The position numbers and the translations under genes were made by a program. From Alkalihalobacillus trypoxylicola (lineage in GTDB: Bacteria > Bacillota > Bacilli > Bacillales > Bacillaceae_D), in contig NZ_LTAO01000004.1 of NCBI RefSeq assembly GCF_001590785.1, positions 9,216 through 49,215 on the forward strand: 40,000 nucleotides of DNA, in the 5' to 3' direction. Below are positions 1 through 9,271 of the stretch, in pieces (position 1 is the first letter of the stretch; the number at the start of each line of letters is the position of its first letter). The notes under the pieces were generated by a model. The model saw only the letters and a program-made list of their open reading frames with translations. It ran no database searches and had not been told where the DNA came from.

Positions 1-507
1 GCTACTTTCTTTGTTTCAGCTTCTTGGGCAGAACGTTATCCAGATTTAGCTAAGAGTATCGTTGAAAAAGGCTTTGCACTCGGAAGTCATGGTTATCAAT
101 ATAAAGATTATACCAATTGGGAGAATGAACAAATTCTGAAGGATTTACGGAGAGGACAGCAGGTTTTGTCAGAGATTACAGGAGAGACACCTCACCTATT
201 GCGCCCACCAAATGGTGCCTTTGATAAAAGAGTTCTTCAATTGGCTGATGAACAAGGGTTAAGTGTTATACATTGGAGTATTGATTCTGGAGATTACAAA
301 AACCCTGGCGTTGAACAAATTATTCAAAATGTAGTATCAGAAACTAGCGCAGGCGATGTCTTACTTTTCCATGCCTCTGATTCCGTTAAGCAGACCCATG
401 AAGCGCTTCCTGTCATTATTGAACAGCTGAAGGAAAAAGGATACTCTTTTATTAACCTCGATCAAATGATGGACAATGCTCATACGACCAATAAGGAGAT
501 TTACTAA
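1..507 (+). CDS. pdaB: Polysaccharide deacetylase, PdaB-like (sporulation); 5' end lies outside the window
   Basis: Frame 1 is open from base 1 (ATFFVSASWAERYPDLAKSIVEKGFALGSHGY...) and runs into listed ORF 166..507. NodB-type motifs are present (GSHGY, LLRPPNG, HWSIDSGD). Synteny with kbaA-gerD-salA-cwlD matches the B. subtilis ybaN/pdaB locus. Confidence 0.8.
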   Translation, partial: ATFFVSASWAERYPDLAKSIVEKGFALGSHGYQYKDYTNWENEQILKDLRRGQQVLSEITGETPHLLRPPNGAFDKRVLQLADEQGLSVIHWSIDSGDYKNPGVEQIIQNVVSETSAGDVLLFHASDSVKQTHEALPVIIEQLKEKGYSFINLDQMMDNAHTTNKEIY

Positions 508-544
508 ACAAGAGAGCGCGCGATTGTAAATCCTAAAGCATTAG

Positions 545-585
545 AAAAAACGCCTTTGAGAAATGAAAACTCAGAGGCGTTATAA
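545..585 (+). terminator. Hairpin downstream of pdaB (CGCCTTTGAG / CTCAGAGGCG) with a weak T-tail
   Basis: 10-bp stem at 551-560 / 570-579 with one G-U pair, flanked by an A-run and TTATAATATT. It starts about 40 nt after the stop codon. Confidence 0.45.
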
Positions 586-938
586 TATTAATCGGAAAAT
601 TAGACCCTTCTTATTTATTTCAGCCTTTTAAAGGTGAATAGGATTCTCCCATACCCTTTTTTGTCAGCACCGTTCTTTTTCGGCAAATAGAGCTTTCTCT
701 TTTGAATCCATTCCCTTGGCCCTGCCTTTTTCATTCATAAAAGGCTCTTTTTTATGCAAATAGAGAGCCGTATCTTGCTATTCGCCTGCCCGAGAGTAGT
801 TCAATTTCTTTTCGCCAAAAATGTCCCCTGCACCTAAGGGGAGGTCAAAAAGATGCTCGTGAATTATCCTTAAGCCTGTCCATCATCTCGCTTTACGAGA
901 CATTTATCGACAGGCTGAGACGAGCAGTGGACTCGACT

Positions 939-1631
939 TTATTTCTTTTTCTTTTTTTTCTTCTTTTTACTATTCTCCCTAACAAGGACAGCAGGTTCTT
1001 GACCAGGGTTTCCTCTTTTACTTTTACCATCATCACTACTTTGTAATCGATGAAGGATTAATAACTGCCAAGTATTGGCTGCAAGAAGCGGTGTAAAGTA
1101 TACCCATAACCACTTAACATTATTTTCAATAAGAGCAGGTACCCACTCAATAGATGTTACGACTACCATAAAGAATAAAGCCGGAATAAAGGCTGCCTTA
1201 TTCGTATCCTTTGATTTCAAGAAGGCAATCAGAACACAATATAATGTGAAAAGAAGAGGCATTAGCATATAATGAAAAATTGTTTCGTCACCTGATGCAA
1301 AAGCAACATACCTGAAGTAAATTAAATCAAATATAACAAAAGCAATTAGAATGATTTGAACAGCATTCCAAAGCCTAGCTGTTTTAAATAACCCTAATCC
1401 AAACCGATGCACCGTTAAGTAAGCAAAAAAGCCCATTTGAGCAATTAAGGTGAAGGATGCGGTAATTCCTAATAACCAAACTAATCCAAAAAACAGGTTT
1501 AAAAACCCATCTCCTACTAATAAATCGTAATCAAAGAAAAACCCTACTATCGTTCCACTCAGAGAACCGATAACAAGAGTTGACCAAAATAAAAAAACCA
1601 CTTTTCTACTATTCACAGTACTTTCCTCCAT
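939..1631 (-). CDS. kbaA: KinB-signalling pathway activation protein KbaA (polytopic membrane protein)
   Basis: About 6 predicted TM segments, and located between pdaB and gerD as in Bacillus. A GTG at 1616 preceded by GGAGGAAAGTACT is a more likely start than the ATG at 1631. The C-terminus is an unusual run of 9 Lys. Confidence 0.75.
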   Translation of the reverse strand: MEESTVNSRKVVFLFWSTLVIGSLSGTIVGFFFDYDLLVGDGFLNLFFGLVWLLGITASFTLIAQMGFFAYLTVHRFGLGLFKTARLWNAVQIILIAFVIFDLIYFRYVAFASGDETIFHYMLMPLLFTLYCVLIAFLKSKDTNKAAFIPALFFMVVVTSIEWVPALIENNVKWLWVYFTPLLAANTWQLLILHRLQSSDDGKSKRGNPGQEPAVLVRENSKKKKKKKKK

Positions 1632-1759
1632 GTTTCAATCATACTTTTTTAATTGTATCAAAATTTCTCATATAATTACCACTTGTTCTTAATCTTGAAT
1701 GAATAAAAAATGATAAAATGTCTCAAATTAATGACAAATGACCGAAAGGAGCAGCAAGA

Positions 1760-2380
1760 ATGAACGCACTACGCAAATGGCTCTTTCTATGTTTATTCAT
1801 TACTTTGCTTTCAGGCTGTGCCGCTGCAGAAAATAGCGGACAAGCTGATTATGATACCACAAAAAAAATGATGGTTGATATGCTAAAAACCGACGAAGGA
1901 AAAAAAGCCATACAAGAACTTATGCATGATGAAGAGATGCGTCACGATTTAGTCATGGACAATTTTTTTGTGAAAGAAACGATTCAAGAAACACTAACTA
2001 CTGAGCAAGGTAAAGCGTTTTGGCAGCAAACGATGAAAGACCCTGAGTTCGCGAAAACATTCGCAGAAGCTATGCAATCAGAAAATGAAAAGATTTTAAA
2101 GGGACTCATGAAGGACCCTGAATATCAAACGATGATGGTTTCTATTCTTCAAGATCAAGAAATTAAGGATTCGATTTTAGAGCTTTTAAAGTCAAAAGAA
2201 TATCGTGAGCAGGTCATGACCATCATGTCTGAATCCTTTGAAAGTCCTTATTTTATGGCGAAGATAAATGAAATTCTTTCAAATGTCACAGAGGAACAGC
2301 TGAAAAAGCAGGATGAAGAAGGCGGATCAGGCTCTTCTGAAAGTGGACAGGATTCAAGCCAAGAAAGTGAACAAGAATAA
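1760..2380 (+). CDS. gerD: Spore germination lipoprotein GerD
   Basis: Signal peptide with lipobox LLSGC and a helical K/E/M-rich body (KDPEF..., KDPEYQ... repeats) typical of GerD. RBS AAAGGAG lies 8 nt upstream. Synteny supports the call. Confidence 0.85.
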   Translation: MNALRKWLFLCLFITLLSGCAAAENSGQADYDTTKKMMVDMLKTDEGKKAIQELMHDEEMRHDLVMDNFFVKETIQETLTTEQGKAFWQQTMKDPEFAKTFAEAMQSENEKILKGLMKDPEYQTMMVSILQDQEIKDSILELLKSKEYREQVMTIMSESFESPYFMAKINEILSNVTEEQLKKQDEEGGSGSSESGQDSSQESEQE

Positions 2381-2384
2381 TCAT

Positions 2385-2427
2385 TAAAAAAACTGCCCTT
2401 TTATAAAGAAAAGAGCAGTTTTTTTGT
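2385..2427. terminator. Bidirectional rho-independent terminator between convergent gerD and salA
   Basis: AAAAAAACTGCCCTTTT-ATAAAG-AAAAGAGCAGTTTTTTT. The stem has one mismatch and is flanked by an A-run and a T-run. Confidence 0.65.
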
Positions 2428-2435
2428 TGTTAAAA

Positions 2436-3515
2436 TTAAGCTTTCGTTTTTCTTTTTGTTTTTTCAATGACACGCTTCGCTATTTCTATATAGACGGCTC
2501 CGATTTTATCTGATTCTGAATAGATAGATGGAGCAAATTCTTCTTCGTCCAATTCAGGCTGCCCTAATGGAATTCTTCCGAGGATTTCTGTCTTTAATTC
2601 CTCTGACAAGCGATCGCCCCCACCCTTTCCAAACACATATTCTTTCTCGCCTGTTAACTCACTTTCAAAATAAGCCATATTCTCAACAATACCAAGAATT
2701 TCATGATGTGTTTTTATTGCCATTGTCCCCGCTCGCGCAGCGACAAAAGCAGCTGTTGCATGAGGAGTCGAAACTAATATTTCTTTGGAATGTGGTAGCA
2801 TTTTATGTATGTCTAACGCAACGTCACCTGTCCCAGGTGGTAAATCTAAAATTAAATAATCCAACTCTCCCCATTCTACATCCGTAAAAAATTGATTAAT
2901 CATCTTTCCTAGCATTGGACCTCTCCATATAACAGGAGCGTTATTCTCAACAAAAAAGCCCATAGAGATGACTTTTACACCAAATCTCTCAACAGGAAGA
3001 ATCCGATTTTCTACAACTTGTGGGCGTTCATCGATTCCCATCATATCAGGAACACTAAAGCCATAAATATCAGCATCAATAATTCCTACTCTTTTACCGA
3101 GACGAACAAGGGATGTTGCTAAATTTACAGATACCGTTGACTTACCAACACCACCCTTACCGCTTGTAACCGCAATAAAGGTAGTTGGACTTTCTGGATT
3201 TAAAAGAGCTGGGCCTTCATATTTAGGTTTTGGAAATCCTCCTGCCGCTTCTATTTCATCGTCTGATAATTGATCAAAACGAAGTCCAACTGATGAAGCT
3301 CCCTCGTTTTTTACAATTTGGACGATTTCTTGTTGAAGCTCCATTTGTGCGCCTGTTCCCATTTTTGAGACAGCAATTTTTAAACTAACTCGATCTTCAT
3401 TTATTTTAATGTTACGAATTCCACCAATTTCGACAATGCTTTTATTTAAATCACGATCTTTTACCCTTTTCAGAGCATCGATAATTTTCTCTTTTGCTAG
3501 CACTTCAAACACCAT
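2436..3515 (-). CDS. salA: Mrp/NBP35-family ATP-binding Fe-S cluster carrier (SalA/YbaL-like)
   Basis: Deviant Walker A motif GKGGVGKST and an N-terminal DUF59-like segment. It sits between gerD and cwlD as B. subtilis salA does. Confidence 0.85.
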   Translation of the reverse strand: MVFEVLAKEKIIDALKRVKDRDLNKSIVEIGGIRNIKINEDRVSLKIAVSKMGTGAQMELQQEIVQIVKNEGASSVGLRFDQLSDDEIEAAGGFPKPKYEGPALLNPESPTTFIAVTSGKGGVGKSTVSVNLATSLVRLGKRVGIIDADIYGFSVPDMMGIDERPQVVENRILPVERFGVKVISMGFFVENNAPVIWRGPMLGKMINQFFTDVEWGELDYLILDLPPGTGDVALDIHKMLPHSKEILVSTPHATAAFVAARAGTMAIKTHHEILGIVENMAYFESELTGEKEYVFGKGGGDRLSEELKTEILGRIPLGQPELDEEEFAPSIYSESDKIGAVYIEIAKRVIEKTKRKTKA

Positions 3516-3584
3516 CCTTCTCCATTCTTAACCCTTTTATTTAGTATAGCACACTAAGCTAATCAGACGTGAAGCGTTTGCACC

Positions 3585-4322
3585 CTATTCATACTCAGGA
3601 GAGGGGGGCACTTCATCTGTATAAAAACGAATAATTCCTTGATAAATGGAAGCTGCTACCTTTTGCTGATATTGATCTTTTTCTAAAAGGCCCGCTTCTA
3701 TTTCATTAGACAAGAATCCCGCTTCCACAAGTGCTCCTGGTATTTTCGCATTTTTTAATAAATAGATGTTATGAATAGGCTTGGCAATTCTCTTCGTATT
3801 TTCTAAATTTCGGGTTAACTCATCTTGAATAAAATTAGATAAATGTTCATTCTCAGAAAAAGAGCGGTGGTAAAAGACCTGCGCTCCACTCCACCTTGGT
3901 GATGGAATAGCATTTAGATGCAAGCTAATAAATAAATCAGCATCTGTTTCATTCACAATGTCGGCTCTTCTTTTTAAATCCTCTTGCTTACGATGTCTAA
4001 TTTTTTCTGTACTAGCATCAGCTAAATCATAATCCTCTTCTCTAGTCATTACGACTAGTGCTCCCGCTTCCTGTAGATAATCACGTAAACTCAAGCTTAT
4101 TTCTAGCGCGACATCTTTTTCCAATAGTCCAGATTTTGACATCGCCCCACCGTCGATACCTCCATGTCCAGGATCTAGAACAATCACCTTACCAGATAAC
4201 GGTAAATTCCATGTTGACCAAGAATCATTACTAATAAATTGAAATTGAATAATAAAAAGGATGGCGACTATACCTATTGCAAAAGCCGCTCCTTTTAGCC
4301 ACTTTTCTAATGACTTTTTCAA
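3585..4322 (-). CDS. cwlD: Germination-specific N-acetylmuramoyl-L-alanine amidase CwlD
   Basis: Amidase_3 motifs (VVLDPGHGGIDGGA, SLHLNA) and an N-terminal membrane anchor. TTG start at 4322 with GGAGG 8 nt upstream. Synteny supports the call. Confidence 0.9.
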   Translation of the reverse strand: MKKSLEKWLKGAAFAIGIVAILFIIQFQFISNDSWSTWNLPLSGKVIVLDPGHGGIDGGAMSKSGLLEKDVALEISLSLRDYLQEAGALVVMTREEDYDLADASTEKIRHRKQEDLKRRADIVNETDADLFISLHLNAIPSPRWSGAQVFYHRSFSENEHLSNFIQDELTRNLENTKRIAKPIHNIYLLKNAKIPGALVEAGFLSNEIEAGLLEKDQYQQKVAASIYQGIIRFYTDEVPPSPEYE

Positions 4323-4400
4323 TCATAATCCCTCCTGTCTCTTTATACTTATGTATATTGGGACAAGATGAGCATTATGAGCGCCTTTTTAGCCATTTAT

Positions 4401-4844
4401 TTAGTGCAATTTCATCCGATACCTTTTCTTTCCTTCCTGTAAACCACGTTCCCACCAATAATCCACAAATGTGTCTGATAAAATGGATAAGGATTCTTCG
4501 TTCGAACCACCTTTCGTATCAAACCAACCGTATAAAATATGAAATAACGAATGAGAAAGCTCTTGTAACTCTAATTGGCACCGCAATTTAACTTCTTCAT
4601 CCGTTTCCCCTAAATAGCAAATACGACTAAACTCAGCACCAATTAAATAAGCATCGATAGCTAAATCCATAATCGGGTCTAATAAAAAGGGGTTTACTAA
4701 GAATTGAAATGGCATAATCGGTCTAAAATGCTGTTCCACATGCTTTTTTAACCCTTTAATGGATAAATGTCTGAGTATACCCCGCTCAAATTTCCATTGC
4801 TTTTGTCTTCTTTTATCTGATAAATTTGTGATTACTGAAGCCAT
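4401..4844 (-). CDS. Hypothetical protein, B. subtilis YbaK-like (DUF2521-type) by position
   Basis: ORF 4401..4862. The ATG at 4844 has AGGAG 8 nt upstream (GAGAGGAGTGGAAATAATG). It is in the conserved position next to cwlD. Confidence 0.6.
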   Translation of the reverse strand: MASVITNLSDKRRQKQWKFERGILRHLSIKGLKKHVEQHFRPIMPFQFLVNPFLLDPIMDLAIDAYLIGAEFSRICYLGETDEEVKLRCQLELQELSHSLFHILYGWFDTKGGSNEESLSILSDTFVDYWWERGLQEGKKRYRMKLH

Positions 4845-4946
4845 TATTTCCACTCCTCTCATGACTTTTTAATAGTATAAGGAGCTAATAAATGACTCAT
4901 GCAATGGTTTATTTACCATTAAATCCAGAAAAAATTATTTAAAATC

Positions 4947-4981
4947 AAAAAGACTAGACATCTATTTCGTCTAGTCTTTTT
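4947..4981 (-). terminator. Rho-independent terminator after glpP (bidirectional hairpin)
   Basis: AAAAAGACTAGAC-atctatttc-GTCTAGTCTTTTT lies immediately downstream of the glpP stop at 4986. Confidence 0.75.
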
Positions 4982-4985
4982 ATCC

Positions 4986-5555
4986 CTATAAATTTAAATT
5001 CCATAAATTAGTGCTTCCTACCGAAATAGCCAATGCGCCAGCCCGTAAAGAAGAAAGAATTTCCTCTTCTGTCTGAATTAAACCTCCAGCTATTAATGGT
5101 AGGGATACTTTTTCGGTTAAATCATAAATCACTCGGGGCATAATTCCTGGTAAAATTTCTAATGCATCCGGCTTTGACTTCTCTACCATGCTAATCCCTT
5201 TTTTAATAGCACTATTGTCTATTAGAAAAAGTCTTTGGATAGTAACCATTCCTTCTTCCTTAGCAAAACGAATTAAATGACTTTTCGTTGTAATAATTCC
5301 TACTGGCTTTAATACTCGAGCAATATACTTAATCCCACTTTTGTCATTAGAAATTCCTTCTATAAAATCTAGATGGACAAAAACATGCATATCTGCATCT
5401 TTTAAGCGTTGAATATACTTAGGTAAAGATAAGATATCACCCGTTAATAAGAAAGCGACATTAGATTGACTACGAATAGCGTCATCAATTAATTCCGGTT
5501 TATTGATTGCAGAGATTACCTGAGATTCAACTAAATCAACCATCGAATTTCCCAT
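4986..5555 (-). CDS. glpP: Glycerol-3-phosphate-responsive antiterminator GlpP
   Basis: About 190 aa with the GlpP-family pattern (VFVHLDFIEGIS..., IITTK, LEILPG, PLIAGGLI). The ATG at 5555 has AGGTG 6 nt upstream, and the longest ORF starts at a GTG at 5564. Confidence 0.85.
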   Translation of the reverse strand: MGNSMVDLVESQVISAINKPELIDDAIRSQSNVAFLLTGDILSLPKYIQRLKDADMHVFVHLDFIEGISNDKSGIKYIARVLKPVGIITTKSHLIRFAKEEGMVTIQRLFLIDNSAIKKGISMVEKSKPDALEILPGIMPRVIYDLTEKVSLPLIAGGLIQTEEEILSSLRAGALAISVGSTNLWNLNL

Positions 5556-5574
5556 TTTATACACCTGCTTCTTG

Positions 5575-6366
5575 TCATGACATTAATTGCTTCATAATAG
5601 TAGGTACTTCTTTAATACTCTTTAAAGTATAAGTTGGTTTAAAAGGTGAGTTTTTCAGCATCTTCTCGTTCGTTATCCCTGAGAGAACCATAATCGTCTT
5701 CATTCCCACCTCAAAGCCCATTTTTATATCTGTTTCTATCCGGTCTCCTATCATAAAGCATTGGTCATATGTCAACTGAAGTTGATTGACTGCAGCTTCA
5801 GCCATAAAGCGTGAAGGCTTCCCGATTACAGCATCAATTTTTTCTCCTGTCGCACCTTCTATCGCACCTATGATCGCTCCACAATCAGGAATTTGTCCTA
5901 CATCTGTTGGGCAAGTTCGATCTGGATTTGTGGCAAACAGCTTTGCACCAGCTTGCCATGCCTTATATACTTGTAATAGCTTATGATACGTAAAGTCACG
6001 GTCCCATGAAATGATTACATAATTAGCGTTTTCCGGGTCATGGGTAAGAGGAATTTGGTGAAGCTCTAATTCCTTAAGTAAAGCCAATTCGCCCAGCACC
6101 CAAACCTTCTCTCCAGGCAACATGTTATTCTTTAGATATTTAGCCACTACATAGCTAGAGTTAATAATTTCATCTAGTGTAACAGTGATATCCATGCTCT
6201 TTAGTTTATTTACGTACTCTTCTCTAGAATAAACCGAATTATTTGAAAGGAAAACCACCTTATCGCCTTGTGTACGTATATATTCAATCGTATCTTTAGC
6301 ACCATCAATTACTTGATTACTTAAATAAACAGTACCATCTAAATCAAATATATATCCTGTTGTCAT
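5575..6366 (-). CDS. HAD-IIA family sugar-phosphate phosphatase (NagD/AraL-like)
   Basis: Motif I IFDLDGTVY, SNNS, and GDRIETDI near the C-terminus. RBS GAGGTG is present. Confidence 0.8.
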   Translation of the reverse strand: MTTGYIFDLDGTVYLSNQVIDGAKDTIEYIRTQGDKVVFLSNNSVYSREEYVNKLKSMDITVTLDEIINSSYVVAKYLKNNMLPGEKVWVLGELALLKELELHQIPLTHDPENANYVIISWDRDFTYHKLLQVYKAWQAGAKLFATNPDRTCPTDVGQIPDCGAIIGAIEGATGEKIDAVIGKPSRFMAEAAVNQLQLTYDQCFMIGDRIETDIKMGFEVGMKTIMVLSGITNEKMLKNSPFKPTYTLKSIKEVPTIMKQLMS

Positions 6367-6377
6367 TCAATTCACCT

Positions 6378-8102
6378 CTAATATAGAGAGTTCTTAGTCA
6401 TCTTACTTGCAATATATTGTAATAATAAAACAATAACAATAATTAAAATGGCCATAGCTGAAGCGGTATAAACCTCTCCGCGTAATAAATTCTGAAATAC
6501 AACTAAACTCATCGGTGCCCAATCAGAAGGAGCCATCAAAATTGTAACAGATGTTTCCTTAATGACGGTAACAAACACAAGGATGGAGCCTGCTGCAATA
6601 CCTGGAAGCATTAAAGGTCCAACTACCGTTAAAATCGCCATTAGCTTTGAAGCACCTAGATTAACAGAAGCTTCTTCAATATCAGGCTTTATAGACATCA
6701 TCGTTCCCATCGTTGAACGAATCATATAAGGCATTCGCCTTATTGCATAGGCAATAATTAACAGAGTAGCCGTTCCAGTTAATTGAAGAGGTGCCGTATT
6801 AAAGGTTTGAATATAGGCAATCCCTAAGGCAATTCCTGGAACAATTAGCGGAATAGAAGAAACAAAATCTAATTTCACCGCATTTTGTCGCACAACAAAG
6901 TAAGAAACCAGCGTCGAAACAATAACACTTAATAGTAAAGCCCCTATCGCTAAGATAATACTGTTCATTATATTACTCGTAGAACGATTAAAAATCGTTT
7001 TGTAATGATCTAAAGTAAAGCCGCGCGGTAAAAGATCCGCTCCCCATGTGGTAGCAAAAGATTGTAACCCCACGGATAAAACAGCTAATAAAGGAATTAA
7101 TACAATTATTCCTGTATATATAGCCAAACCAGTAGTAACCCATTTGTTATCATTCAACTTTAATTGCTTTGGTTTTCCTGATAAGGTTCCGTAATTTTTC
7201 CCTTTAGTAACAAGTCTTTGTAACCAAAAGAAAAAGGCAGCTACAATGACCATTACAACCGTTAAAATCGATGCTCCAGCCCAGTTGAAAAATCCAGAGA
7301 TTTCTCGATATGCCTCAACAACAATTAGATTTAATCCATCGGGTGCTAGGATAATCGGTGTCCCAAAATCAGAAAAACTAACTGTAAAGATAAGAAGTGC
7401 ACTCGATATAATCCCTGGTATAGCTAACGGAAAGGTAATAAAAGCCATCGTAATCCAGTTCTTCGCCCCTAAATTTTGGGAGGCTTCTTCTAACGATACA
7501 TCACTGAGCTTAAATGCTGCTACCATCGGCCATAGAGCGAACGGGAAGAAGAAGAAAATTTGAACTAATACGATTCCTGTCATTGAATAGACATTAAAAA
7601 CGGTCCCGTCTCCTCCTAATGATTGGTATAAAGTTGTCACCCAGCCTGTTCGGCCGAACATAATAATAAAGCCCGCTGCCGAGATAAAGGTTGGTACTAT
7701 AATTGGCAACGTACATAATGCAGCATAAAACTTTTTTAAAGGCATCGTTGTACGAGCGAAGCCATAAGCAATCGGCAAGCATAACAAAATGACTAAAGTT
7801 GAAACTCCTAAAGAGAGCATAAGACTATTGATTAAAGCGTTGTAATAAGTCCCACCAGCTAACAGCTTTTCATAATGTTCAAAGGATGCATTGGAGAGCC
7901 TTTCAATATTAGTTTTTAAAATATCTGGGTTAACAAGAGATCCTAGAATATTTACCGGTTGTCCTGTAAAACTTACTAAGAAAACTGAAAACAATGGCAA
8001 TATTAAGAATAAAAAGAAGAATACAATTACAAGCCATTTCATACCAGATAAACTATCGAATCTTGAGAGGAACGAGCCTTCTTTTAACTTACGTTTACTC
8101 AT
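6378..8102 (-). CDS. ABC transporter permease, fused two-module type (FbpB/AfuB/ThiP-like)
   Basis: 574 aa with about 12 TM segments in two repeated MetI-like halves. Its start overlaps the ATPase stop (ATGA). Confidence 0.85.
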   Translation of the reverse strand: MSKRKLKEGSFLSRFDSLSGMKWLVIVFFFLFLILPLFSVFLVSFTGQPVNILGSLVNPDILKTNIERLSNASFEHYEKLLAGGTYYNALINSLMLSLGVSTLVILLCLPIAYGFARTTMPLKKFYAALCTLPIIVPTFISAAGFIIMFGRTGWVTTLYQSLGGDGTVFNVYSMTGIVLVQIFFFFPFALWPMVAAFKLSDVSLEEASQNLGAKNWITMAFITFPLAIPGIISSALLIFTVSFSDFGTPIILAPDGLNLIVVEAYREISGFFNWAGASILTVVMVIVAAFFFWLQRLVTKGKNYGTLSGKPKQLKLNDNKWVTTGLAIYTGIIVLIPLLAVLSVGLQSFATTWGADLLPRGFTLDHYKTIFNRSTSNIMNSIILAIGALLLSVIVSTLVSYFVVRQNAVKLDFVSSIPLIVPGIALGIAYIQTFNTAPLQLTGTATLLIIAYAIRRMPYMIRSTMGTMMSIKPDIEEASVNLGASKLMAILTVVGPLMLPGIAAGSILVFVTVIKETSVTILMAPSDWAPMSLVVFQNLLRGEVYTASAMAILIIVIVLLLQYIASKMTKNSLY

Positions 8103-9226
8103 ATTATTAACACCCTCTCTGGGTCAACCGTTACCTTCACATCCTCGCCATTTGTCAGGACTCGTTCTCCAGGAACATATATTTTTTCAATTCCGATCTC
8201 ATGTTTACCTACTTTTACATCATACCGAATATTCGGTCCAAGATAAGTGTGCATAATTACTTTTCCTTCAATAATATTTTCATGATTGACAGCAGTATCT
8301 TTCGCATATATTTCCATTCCCTCTGGACGAATTAATACTTTAATGTCTTTATGCTCCTTCGAAAAATTCGATTTTAACGTAAAATGTTCCATTTTCACAA
8401 CAGAGCCTGTTGCGGTTCTTTCAACTATTTGGCCTTCAAAAATATTTGATGACCCTACAAAATCAGCCACAAATGGAGTCGCAGGGTTACTATACAATTC
8501 AGTAGGTGTTGCATTTTGGATAATTTCTCCATCTTTCATAACAGCAACACGGTCTGCCATACTCATCGCTTCTTCTTGGTCATGTGTAACAAAAATGGTA
8601 GTGATTCCAACATCTTGTTGTATTCTTCTTATGGTCGTTCGCATTGTGTTTCTTAATTTTTTATCTAAGTTAGAAAGAGGCTCATCCATTAACAATACAG
8701 ATGGTTCCATAACAAGAGCACGAGCTAATGCAACACGCTGCTGCTGACCACCTGATAATTCGTTTGTCCCACGTTCAGCTAAGTGACCTAACTCTACATA
8801 ATCAAGTGCCTCAGAAACTTTGTCAACAATATGTTTAGGCGGCTTAGCTAAACGTCTACTTAGTAAACGCGCAAAGCTAGAAATCTTCGAACCAAAACTC
8901 CCATTATAAAATTCGCGAATCGTTAACCCATAGGCAACATTTTCGAACACATTATAGTGTGGGAATAAAGCATAGCTTTGAAAAACCATTCCACAATTCC
9001 GTTTATTAGCTGGTACTTTATTCACTACTTTATCATTAAAAAGAATTTCCCCAGACGTTGGTGTTTCAAAGCCTGCAATACATCGCATGGTTGTCGTTTT
9101 CCCACAGCCTGAAGGGCCAAGAAGGGCAAAAAACTCCCCTTCTTTGATTTCAATGTTTACGTTATTAAGTGCCGTAACATCACTATTATATTTTTTCACC
9201 AGATTTTTTACGATTACACCACTCAT
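8099..9226 (-). CDS. ABC transporter ATP-binding protein (PotA/FbpC/AfuC-like with a C-terminal regulatory/TOBE-like domain)
   Basis: Walker A GPSGCGKTT, signature LSGGQQQR, Walker B LLMDEP. Confidence 0.9.
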   Translation of the reverse strand: MSGVIVKNLVKKYNSDVTALNNVNIEIKEGEFFALLGPSGCGKTTTMRCIAGFETPTSGEILFNDKVVNKVPANKRNCGMVFQSYALFPHYNVFENVAYGLTIREFYNGSFGSKISSFARLLSRRLAKPPKHIVDKVSEALDYVELGHLAERGTNELSGGQQQRVALARALVMEPSVLLMDEPLSNLDKKLRNTMRTTIRRIQQDVGITTIFVTHDQEEAMSMADRVAVMKDGEIIQNATPTELYSNPATPFVADFVGSSNIFEGQIVERTATGSVVKMEHFTLKSNFSKEHKDIKVLIRPEGMEIYAKDTAVNHENIIEGKVIMHTYLGPNIRYDVKVGKHEIGIEKIYVPGERVLTNGEDVKVTVDPERVLII

Positions 9227-9271
9227 TATTATGCCCTCCTAAGTTACATTCCTTACCAATACCTCACCTAG

